A stretch of 64,000 bases of DNA from Candidatus Thorarchaeota archaeon (GTDB lineage Archaea; Asgardarchaeota; Thorarchaeia; Thorarchaeales; Thorarchaeaceae), in NCBI GenBank assembly GCA_019057475.1, contig DXJO01000022.1:22465-86464 (forward strand), given 5' to 3'. Numbering within the stretch: position 1 is the stretch's first letter; each line of letters begins with the position of its first letter. Of the stretch, positions 29,100 to 37,349 are shown one piece after another. The notes under the pieces are model-generated. The model was not told where the DNA came from. It saw only the letters and a list, made by a program, of their open reading frames with translations, and searched no databases. A program made the position numbers and the translations under genes.

Positions 29100-31763
29100 A
29101 TGCTTGTGGCTGAAGACATTGCGGCAAACGAGATAAGACGGTTCTTTGTAGTGGACGCGTCACTTCATCTCGGGTCAGTTAGAGTCGGCACGACTCTCAG
29201 CACATTCGACCCCGCAAGAGCCTTTACATACTTTGGCGCTCTTGAGAATCAATTGATAGAATACGCGTCCCGCTTCTCCGAGTCATTCCAATACATTCCA
29301 CGGCGAGCTTATAGCTACTTGAAGCATCCGCCTATCCTCTCAAGCTTGTGCCAGAGCACGCTAGAGGAACCTGAGTCCAGCTGGTTGGTCGACCAATTCT
29401 TGACATGTCCACTCATCAGTGTGGGACATACATCACTTCCTAAAGCAGAACAGATGAAAAACACAAAGTCGATTCAGGAATGGTCCATGGGCCCCCCGTA
29501 TGGTCCCAGATTGTACCATATCCAGGATATGCGTCACGGACGTCACACCCGCTCCGGTTGGGGGTGCATAATGAAAGCTGCCGACCTCGGGCAACGCATG
29601 GAGGAAACGAATCTCAACGACCTTGATGGTTATATCCAGATGGGGCATCCAGTATTTGTGGAAATGGATGAGCCGGATGACATTGACATTGTATTGAAAT
29701 GGCTCATTACCCTAAAGGAAGCAGGACACAAAAGACCATCATTGCTGCTTGATCCAAGAGCTCACAAGGATTGGAACGCAGGAATCACAAGGCTAGTTGA
29801 TATCCCAAGGAGCAGGATTCTGACTTCAGGAGCCACTATCTCATCGCTCTCGACCCTTGTGCGGCACCTCAGGAAAACCAGCATAGAAGCAGATTGGTCA
29901 TCAAGACTAGTTTTCGCCACCCGTTATCCTGAAACACAGAGCGGAGATGGCGTTTCAGAGATTCTAAGCTATCTACTGAGTAAGAACCTGGCGGCCAGTC
30001 CACAAGAACTCCAGAGAGTGCTTGGTGGGAACATCTTGTCCATGATGCCTCCAAGACCGTCGTTCCTTTCTTATGCTGATAATGACTCTGCAGTTGTTGC
30101 AGAGGGACACCTAGGCAAGGCATCGCTAAACGAGATTGCGCGCATCCTCCGATTGGTGGTTGGTCGCAGACTTCAGAGCGTCGCTTCGGTTGATTACATG
30201 ATCGGAAATGATGGAGGAGTCGTGCACCTAGATGGCGCATTGGTAACTCTCACGACACCATCGACGAATACAGCTACTAGTATGGCAATAATCCTCGAGA
30301 GGAATGGTTCCTTGAAGCTCGTAGGATGGAAGCGTACATTCACAGATACACTGCATACTAGGAACAGCGAGGCATTTTCCACACTTGCTAGATCAATAGC
30401 AATGTCAGATGGACTCATTTTGAGTTCTCCCTCCCAAATGACGCGGTTCGACCAAGCTGTGATGAGCTGCTTGCAAGTTAAGAACCCGCAGGAAATCTTG
30501 TCGGCTCTGCATTTCCAAATGGACATTGCTGACTATGAACAGGGAGCGATTCTCGTTTCTCCTGACGATATGCGCGCGCTCAACGTCAGCGAGGGGGACC
30601 ATTTGCTTGTGCTTGACACCGCAACAACCCGATGGTGGATCGGCAAGGCTGTGATGGACGAAGAACACCCGAGGAAGCGGATAGGAATCTCTTCGCAAGA
30701 TGCGATGCTTGGGGGTTTCACTGAATCAAGAAATGTTGACCTCGCCAAAACTGAAAGGAAGGTAGTCAATCTTGGCGAAACGGTCCTTTCATTTGACAAT
30801 GCGGATGGCCCCCCAAATGGAGAAACCTCTGCATCATTGCATCTCCGAACTGATACTGTCAGAAGGATGTTGCATAATAGGTTCGTTGGCAAAGGTATGA
30901 AGTTCAGTATTGGAAACGGAGGGCACGAAATCTGCCTTACGTTCGCGCAATCCAGCCCCAGACTAGATCCGAGCCAGATCGGTCGCATGAATGGCGCGTC
31001 GATTCGATTCCAACCGTCCCAATCACTCAGGGAGTTCAATGTGATTATCAGTGTTTCAGCAGATCAGAATATGCGAATACGAGACATCACGCTAAAATCA
31101 AAGTACTCGATCCAATCTAGGCTCGAACCATTAGTAGAGAGGGTCCCAGAGCTAGGAGCCTTCTTGAGTGGCCTTGGTGACACAATTACAAGAGCTGAGC
31201 TAGCCGCCCTGTTTTCGTTACTTGTCGTGAGCACAATTGCGGACAATCGCACTGGAGGGCGTCTAGGTATTGTCACAGTCACTGTTCCAGCTCAGAAGTT
31301 TTCTGTTCAGAAGAGAGGTGTTGTCCAGTCATTTGTGGAATTTCGGGAGGACCTATCTTCCGAGGAAGTCCTGATTTCCATGGTCTATTCAATACTTGAT
31401 ACCTTGCGACAATCCGTGCAAGCGGTCAGCATAGCAGATGGTTACAGAGCCGTTGCAGAAATGTTGGAGGATTTCGGTCCTGAACGACCGACCCTAGTGA
31501 TGATTCTTGGAAGTGATGTGGATGATGACCATGGAAGACCCTTCCTTCGAGCGATAGCTGAAAGCGAGAGGTGTTTGTTTGACTTCATGGGACTTGGTAT
31601 GACTTTTGATGAGAAGAAAGCGCTGCAAGTGTTTGACGGTATTGTCGGAGGAGTCTACCCAATCACTTCATTCTCAACACGCGCCTTTGACGACTATCTA
31701 CTTGGGGCAATCGACCACGTTGTGCCAATCGTTGAAGAGCCAGAATTTAAGGGAAATCAATAG
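29100..31763 (+). CDS. Inactive amidohydrolase - CDC48-N-like - inactive VWA fusion protein
   Basis: Colinear similarity to both upstream neighbours (WLVD, LGGN, ASVDYM, FNxI, RAExAA blocks), with metal ligands lost (DASLH, FATRY, SVSADQ). Confidence 0.85.
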   Translation: MLVAEDIAANEIRRFFVVDASLHLGSVRVGTTLSTFDPARAFTYFGALENQLIEYASRFSESFQYIPRRAYSYLKHPPILSSLCQSTLEEPESSWLVDQFLTCPLISVGHTSLPKAEQMKNTKSIQEWSMGPPYGPRLYHIQDMRHGRHTRSGWGCIMKAADLGQRMEETNLNDLDGYIQMGHPVFVEMDEPDDIDIVLKWLITLKEAGHKRPSLLLDPRAHKDWNAGITRLVDIPRSRILTSGATISSLSTLVRHLRKTSIEADWSSRLVFATRYPETQSGDGVSEILSYLLSKNLAASPQELQRVLGGNILSMMPPRPSFLSYADNDSAVVAEGHLGKASLNEIARILRLVVGRRLQSVASVDYMIGNDGGVVHLDGALVTLTTPSTNTATSMAIILERNGSLKLVGWKRTFTDTLHTRNSEAFSTLARSIAMSDGLILSSPSQMTRFDQAVMSCLQVKNPQEILSALHFQMDIADYEQGAILVSPDDMRALNVSEGDHLLVLDTATTRWWIGKAVMDEEHPRKRIGISSQDAMLGGFTESRNVDLAKTERKVVNLGETVLSFDNADGPPNGETSASLHLRTDTVRRMLHNRFVGKGMKFSIGNGGHEICLTFAQSSPRLDPSQIGRMNGASIRFQPSQSLREFNVIISVSADQNMRIRDITLKSKYSIQSRLEPLVERVPELGAFLSGLGDTITRAELAALFSLLVVSTIADNRTGGRLGIVTVTVPAQKFSVQKRGVVQSFVEFREDLSSEEVLISMVYSILDTLRQSVQAVSIADGYRAVAEMLEDFGPERPTLVMILGSDVDDDHGRPFLRAIAESERCLFDFMGLGMTFDEKKALQVFDGIVGGVYPITSFSTRAFDDYLLGAIDHVVPIVEEPEFKGNQ

Positions 31764-32040
31764 CATCAGAAATCGCGGCGAGTCTAGTTTCGAAGGATTG
31801 TGTTTTGCGCTCCAGTTTTTCCAGAGTCATGCGAACTCCTTCTATTAGGGTAACCAGATTCGATAACGTTCCAGTGCCAGATTCGGATACCCCCCTCATG
31901 TGCACCTTCAAATGATTGTCTAGATCCTTAGTAACTAGAAACACCCTACCTGCAATCTCTTCAAGTGCTCTCAACCGATCTGCAGTCTGTTCCATCTGGT
32001 CAACCAATTCACTCAGATCTCCATCAGCCACATGAATCAC
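31747..32040 (-). CDS. Small coiled-coil protein
   Basis: 97 aa; two heptad-rich helices; overlaps the upstream gene by 4 nt. Confidence 0.75.
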   Translation of the reverse strand: MIHVADGDLSELVDQMEQTADRLRALEEIAGRVFLVTKDLDNHLKVHMRGVSESGTGTLSNLVTLIEGVRMTLEKLERKTQSFETRLAAISDAIDFP

Positions 32041-32339
32041 CCTTGCAGATGGTCGTCGGTTTGCGCCAGTGCGCGCTCAAGAGTTTCCAGCCGCTTTGAT
32101 AGACTTTCAAGACGCTCTACGACTTCGCTGAGTCTGATGTCTATTTGACTTGATACAGACGCCTCGTGCCGTTCAGTCGTGTCTAGTGATGGGCGCACCT
32201 GAGGTTCGCCTGATAGCTTAGCTAGTCCATCTTCTAGGTCCGCCACAGTTTGGAGAAGGTCTGGAATGGACACTTTGTCGAGTCGTTTGTTAATCAAGAT
32301 AAGTGCACGTTCGATCTTCTCAAGCTTGCGCGCGCTCAA
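32037..32339 (-). CDS. Small coiled-coil protein
   Basis: 100 aa; two heptad-rich helices; GGAGG upstream. Confidence 0.78.
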   Translation of the reverse strand: MSARKLEKIERALILINKRLDKVSIPDLLQTVADLEDGLAKLSGEPQVRPSLDTTERHEASVSSQIDIRLSEVVERLESLSKRLETLERALAQTDDHLQG

Positions 32340-32353
32340 ACAGATGCCTCCAT

Positions 32354-33517
32354 TCAGTATAGTCGTGTCTTGTAGATTTCATGTGCTAATGGTTTGGAAC
32401 CATACAGAACCTCTACTCTAATGTTAGCTTTTCCTTTCTCATCCGACATTGGTACAAGCTTCAGCGTAATCTTCTGATCAGACCTGGGACCGACCTCATG
32501 CTTTTCATTGGTGACCTCAGACACTGAATCACCAACGACAATTGAAACGATAACCCGAATTCCAACAGTGACTTGACTTGGGTTGACAATCCTGATTCGG
32601 TAATTAAACGCTTTGCCCCCAACAAGTGCATCAGGCACCGCTCCGAGGTCCACAGACAACCCTAGATGGTCAGATGTCAGAGGTCGTCCCTTTGGCCATC
32701 TTGTGATTCGCCCCAGCTCTTGTAGTCTTGAAAGCGATGTTTTGAGAACCCTCAACTCCAGGCCAAGCTCTTCTGCAGCTTCAGCCAGATCAAAGCTCCC
32801 ATCATGGCGTTCATAAAACAAGAGGATGCGTCTGTCCTCCTCAATGAGATCGCCAACACTCTCAAGAATCTCCAAGATTGCTTCAGGCAGTTCATCAGCC
32901 TCACGAAGAGAGAAGTATCTTCCACTTTCTACGAATTCTGCAATGCTTCTAAACGACGTTTCCACCAGGGGATTGCAGCCACATACAAACGGAAAGAATG
33001 TGGTACCGAAGTTGTCCTTCATGGCCTTAAGCTCAGCCTTTGGATCATAGCCCTTGGGACATCCATCGGGAAAGTAATCGTCACCTAGTGAATTGTAGTC
33101 CGTTCCATGTGGCGGCGCATCGCCCACTAGGAGGAGAACTTTGTACGCATCATTCGACCATGAAAGCTTTGTGCGGGCATCGAACAGTCCATCTGCCACA
33201 GCCTCAGGAGTATCACCACCTTCGGATGGCTTCAGGTCAGATATCTGGCGATGCACCTTTTTCATTTGGTCAGTGAAGTCAAAGACGCGTGTCACGTAGG
33301 TGCGGTCTTGAGGGGGATGATCCCTGTACGATACTATTCCGAACCGAATTCTCAGGTCTTTGGTGCGAGTCACAACCTTATCCACGATGTCGAAGAGACT
33401 ATCCTTGACTGCGCGGATGTCATCCTTCATGCTTCCTGTGGTATCAACTACAAAGGCAACGTCCAGCTTCGCAGGGGGCACCCCTATCGTCTCCTGCCGG
33501 ACGAGAGAATTAGCCAC
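32354..33517 (-). CDS. VWA domain (VwkA-like) + winged helix + Ig-like domain protein
   Basis: VDTTGSM, SYRDHPP, GGDTPEAV and GDAPPHG motifs; HTH DLAEAAEELGL...LSRLQELGRI; beta-sandwich C-terminus. Confidence 0.9.
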   Translation of the reverse strand: MANSLVRQETIGVPPAKLDVAFVVDTTGSMKDDIRAVKDSLFDIVDKVVTRTKDLRIRFGIVSYRDHPPQDRTYVTRVFDFTDQMKKVHRQISDLKPSEGGDTPEAVADGLFDARTKLSWSNDAYKVLLLVGDAPPHGTDYNSLGDDYFPDGCPKGYDPKAELKAMKDNFGTTFFPFVCGCNPLVETSFRSIAEFVESGRYFSLREADELPEAILEILESVGDLIEEDRRILLFYERHDGSFDLAEAAEELGLELRVLKTSLSRLQELGRITRWPKGRPLTSDHLGLSVDLGAVPDALVGGKAFNYRIRIVNPSQVTVGIRVIVSIVVGDSVSEVTNEKHEVGPRSDQKITLKLVPMSDEKGKANIRVEVLYGSKPLAHEIYKTRLY

Positions 33518-33593
33518 AATTAAGCTTTTGGAGGATAATTACAAACACAGCAGGCTTTTTGAAGGCTTGAAAGAATCGATGCACGTGAAACTG

Positions 33594-33971
33594 ATGAACG
33601 AGAGCGCAGTCGTTATTGAAATCGAGTTCGATGATGGAACTGTCTTGAAAGGAGTACTTGACAGAGTGTTAGGCCCGCTCATCATCGCAGATATTAAAGC
33701 CGCTGCACCAATCGATGGCAAGGCTGCCCTAATGAGAGGAGCTATGCAGATAACAATTGGAATCAAGAGAGGCAATCGGAGACCCACAAATGATGTGAAA
33801 AAAGGTGACATTGCATACATGCCACTCGGCGACAATCTCTGCATCTACCTCAAGGATACGCGAACATTTAGTCCAGTAAACATCTTGGGCAAAGTCACAT
33901 CAGATGATGTTCTTGAGAAGCTTGACAGAATTCGTCGTGGTAGCAGGGCCACGTTTCGGATTATGGAATGA
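33594..33971 (+). CDS. Cyclophilin-like fold protein (TM1367/DUF369 type)
   Basis: VKKGDIAYMPLGDNLCIY...SPVNILGKV motif; start reassigned to MNESAVV. Confidence 0.85.
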   Translation: MNESAVVIEIEFDDGTVLKGVLDRVLGPLIIADIKAAAPIDGKAALMRGAMQITIGIKRGNRRPTNDVKKGDIAYMPLGDNLCIYLKDTRTFSPVNILGKVTSDDVLEKLDRIRRGSRATFRIME

Positions 33972-33981
33972 AGCAGAGGAT

Positions 33982-34533
33982 TCAAATTCGTTGTAGATTC
34001 CTAATGATCTCCTCATTCTCGTCAGGCGTTTTGACTGTTGGATCAACGGTCATTCCAGGTTCGTGGGTTTCAATCAGAACCTCCATTCCAGAGTCCTTGA
34101 CTTTCTTGAACCCGTTGCTAGATAGCGCCCGAACTGTAAGATGAGTCGTATTGAATTCAGTCCTGGCGAGGGTTTCCACTGTTCGCAATTCTCTTCGCAA
34201 CTTCGATCTAGTCATGCGAACTTGCTCTTTGAGCTCAGCAACTTGGACTTGCAATTCCCTACGTTGACTATGCTCAGTTTCAAGCCGCAACTTCAAATCG
34301 GCATAATCAGCCTTTGGGATGTAATCCTTTGTCCGGTCAATCCAAGTGACTGTTGTGCCATCGAACCGCCTTTTTGTAGCCACAAGATCCAGTGCATTCA
34401 AGATCGCGATGACATCATACACCCTTCGCTTTGGAGCGTTCAACATGTCGGCCAGAATGTCACTGCGAACCCCCTCGGTTCCGCTCGCCTTCAAGAGCCT
34501 AATTGACTCTTTTGCCAGTTCAACCAGCTTCAC
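33982..34533 (-). CDS. E2F/DP-like winged-helix transcription factor with coiled coil
   Basis: KRRVYDVIAILNALDLV...VTWID matches the E2F/DP RRxYD recognition helix and wing Trp; followed by a heptad coiled coil. GTG start at 34533 after GGGGTG. Confidence 0.8.
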   Translation of the reverse strand: MKLVELAKESIRLLKASGTEGVRSDILADMLNAPKRRVYDVIAILNALDLVATKRRFDGTTVTWIDRTKDYIPKADYADLKLRLETEHSQRRELQVQVAELKEQVRMTRSKLRRELRTVETLARTEFNTTHLTVRALSSNGFKKVKDSGMEVLIETHEPGMTVDPTVKTPDENEEIIRNLQRI

Positions 34534-34823
34534 AATCGCACCCCAAGAATGTGCCGGCGTATGGCGGCCTCCGAGCACACTCCCAGTGGGTTTCGGGTAG
34601 GAAGTATTTAGATGTTTGTGTTGTGTAGCGATTTTCCGATGGTTCTCACTGATAACCAAAGCTATTATTACTCGAATGATTCTGCGAAAAATCGCCGGGT
34701 AAAATGAGCGGTTTGTATGACCAATGAGCATCCAGGGTGAGGTGCCGTCAACACCCAAGATTATTTATCATGCATGCTTCGCACGAGCCACCAGTTCACA
34801 CACATTGACAGGTGGCAGTTGAT

Positions 34824-36155
34824 ATGGACAGAAGAAAAATAGTGATTATGGGCGCAGCTGGTCGTGATTTCCACAACTTCAACACATACTTCCGTGACAA
34901 TGAACATTATGATGTTGTTGCGTTCACAGCTGAGCAAATCCCCGGGATAGGGGACAGAATATATCCACCGGAACTTACAGGTAAGCTTTATCCCGATGGC
35001 ATTAGGATCTATCCGGAAGAGAAACTCCCTGAGCTGATCGAGAAGTACAACGTCGAACAGTGCATTCTAGCATACTCTGACCTTCCATACTACACAGTAG
35101 GCAGCAAGATTGCATGGGTTAACTCTCTGGGACCGGATATTCGACTGATGGGTCCTAAGCTCACCATGTTGAAGAGCAAGAAACCAGTGGTAGCCATCTG
35201 TGCAGTGCGAACTGGTTGTGGCAAGAGCCAGACATCTCGGAGGGTAAATCAGATACTCGTTGACAAGGGCCTGAAACCGGTGAATATCAGACACCCCATG
35301 CCCTACGATCCGGACCTGACCACTCAGATTGCTCAGAGGTACGAAGTGCTGGAAGACTTAGACCGTTACAACTGCACAATCGAAGAGCGCGAGGAATACG
35401 AACCCATGATTAGCATGGGAGTGATTCTCTACGCAGGAGTGGATTATGGCCAGATTCTGAAGCAAGCTGAGAAAGAGGCGGATGTAATTACATGGGATGG
35501 CGGTAACAACGATTTCTCATTCTACAAACCTGACCTTCTCATTACGCTTGTGGACCCTCTCAGGCCAGGACACGAGATTTCATACTATCCCGGCGAAACC
35601 AACCTAATAATGTCAGACGTCGTCATAATCAACAAGGTAGTTACGGCAGATTATGATGATATCGAGGAGGTTCGTGATAACATCATGGCGGTCAATCCCA
35701 ACGCCATCATAATCGAGGCTGCCTCACCACTCACGGTTGATGATATGGACCTCATCAAAGGCAAGAGAGTGATTGTAGTCGAGGATGGACCGACAGTGAC
35801 TCACGGCGACATGCCGTTTGGTGCTGGGTATGTTGCAGCGCGTAAGGCAGGCGCAATCATCGTTGACCCAAGGCCATTCGCTGTGGGCAGCATAAAGGAA
35901 ACCTTCGAGAAGTATATGCACCTCGAGGATGTTTTACCCGCGATGGGATATGGCGATACACAGATGAAGGAACTTGAGATGACCATTAACAAGTCCGATG
36001 TAGACGCAATAGTGATTGGAACACCAATTGATCTTGGAAAGCTCATCAAGATCAATAAGCCTAACACAAGGGTCAGATATGATCTACAGGAGATTGGGCG
36101 ACCGAACCTTGAAGATATCCTGTCGGAATTCGTCAAGAAGCATAAGCTGAATTGA
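34824..36155 (+). CDS. COG2403 P-loop NTPase (cDPG-synthetase-related; probably the arginine synthetase ArcE-like clade)
   Basis: GAAGRDFHNFN, RTGCGKS, RHPMPY, TIEEREEYE, WDGGNND and VEDGPT motifs. Confidence 0.85.
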   Translation: MDRRKIVIMGAAGRDFHNFNTYFRDNEHYDVVAFTAEQIPGIGDRIYPPELTGKLYPDGIRIYPEEKLPELIEKYNVEQCILAYSDLPYYTVGSKIAWVNSLGPDIRLMGPKLTMLKSKKPVVAICAVRTGCGKSQTSRRVNQILVDKGLKPVNIRHPMPYDPDLTTQIAQRYEVLEDLDRYNCTIEEREEYEPMISMGVILYAGVDYGQILKQAEKEADVITWDGGNNDFSFYKPDLLITLVDPLRPGHEISYYPGETNLIMSDVVIINKVVTADYDDIEEVRDNIMAVNPNAIIIEAASPLTVDDMDLIKGKRVIVVEDGPTVTHGDMPFGAGYVAARKAGAIIVDPRPFAVGSIKETFEKYMHLEDVLPAMGYGDTQMKELEMTINKSDVDAIVIGTPIDLGKLIKINKPNTRVRYDLQEIGRPNLEDILSEFVKKHKLN

Positions 36156-36305
36156 ATGGATAGCTGAACCTGAGGATGATGCATTCCTCAGGACATCCTT
36201 TTCTTGCACATTGAAATGGGGATAGGAAGTCGCACCTGGACTGCTCCCGATGAACGAAAGAAAAAAACGTGGGAGGACGAGCTAATCAAGCCCGTCCTTT
36301 GTTGA

Positions 36306-37256
36306 TCACCAGTATTCTTTGGAAGCAACGCGTGATCTGGACTCTAGGTCCCTGTAAAGCACTGCTGCAAAGATATAGTTAATCCCACTGAATAGCAGCG
36401 CATTGATGATTGCCAAAACGTACAACAGGACGTTTGGACCATAGGCCGCTAAAGGAAACGCCAGCAGAATCTGGGGCACTAATGCGATGACTGCCACCGC
36501 GATGCCTATAAAAATCTGACCACCGACGATGTGCCAGAAGTTACCTGTTGTCAGCTTCCAAGCTCTCTTTATCGAATCGATTGCACCCAAGTCCTCAGCG
36601 ACAACGACTGCGGTAGTAGGAGACAGGCGTATACTGAAGTAGAGAGCCACGATTAATCCAACCATGAGGACAGCAAGGCCCGTCATCATCGCGCTTATGG
36701 CTTCCATTGAAGGGTTGAAGGGGTCAAAGGCTGCCAAAGAACCAAGAAGGAGAAACAGGCCAGGAGCCATCGCTCCGGTGACAATCAATGCAAGAAGAAA
36801 CTGCGCCACAATCATAGTGGACAGCCTACTAAACGCAAACGAAAGGCTTGATCCCACATCAGCTTGGTGAAAGCCATAGTCATCAAGTGCGAATTTGATA
36901 CCACCTCCAGCAATCACGGCAGTTACAACCATACCAACAACAGCTAGCACGGTTCCGATGATGATTATTTCAATAGCCAAGGCTGGTTCGGCCATTGCAA
37001 AGCCCAGCAATGTGTTGATAATGTCTGAGCTTACGTAGACCACCAGATCAAACGCAAGCAAGTCGTAGAGTGCATAGAACACTGCAAGTTGAAGCACAAT
37101 GTAGGCCACTCCAAGAAGGCCAACCATCAGAATGTAGCTCGGTAGCTTCCGCACCCATACACTCAACGTTCTCGTCGCAAGGTCCAATGCACTCACTGTG
37201 AAATCCTGTTCAGGTGGTGCAGAGGGCTCAAGTCCTAATCCTTCGTCATTTTCCAT
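36306..37256 (-). CDS. Polytopic membrane protein (GDPD membrane-domain-like)
   Basis: About 6 TM helices with GAIDSIKRAWKLTTGNFW and LYRDL motifs; start MENDEG after AGGAGG. Confidence 0.8.
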   Translation of the reverse strand: MENDEGLGLEPSAPPEQDFTVSALDLATRTLSVWVRKLPSYILMVGLLGVAYIVLQLAVFYALYDLLAFDLVVYVSSDIINTLLGFAMAEPALAIEIIIIGTVLAVVGMVVTAVIAGGGIKFALDDYGFHQADVGSSLSFAFSRLSTMIVAQFLLALIVTGAMAPGLFLLLGSLAAFDPFNPSMEAISAMMTGLAVLMVGLIVALYFSIRLSPTTAVVVAEDLGAIDSIKRAWKLTTGNFWHIVGGQIFIGIAVAVIALVPQILLAFPLAAYGPNVLLYVLAIINALLFSGINYIFAAVLYRDLESRSRVASKEYW

Positions 37257-37349
37257 AAATAGTCCTCCTAGGTGATTTTGATGTTGAGGTGCAATCTTAT
37301 AATATCTCCGGACTGAATAGGGCAAAGGGGCGGAGTACGCGACAAGCAA

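Noticed and set aside
34534-34758. N-terminal 75 aa of the called 258-aa ORF, and similar extensions on oppA, ALDH, crotonase, stomatin and the cyclophilin-like gene
   Set aside because: The extensions run through promoter-like intergenic DNA; downstream starts have RBS-like motifs and coincide with domain boundaries.
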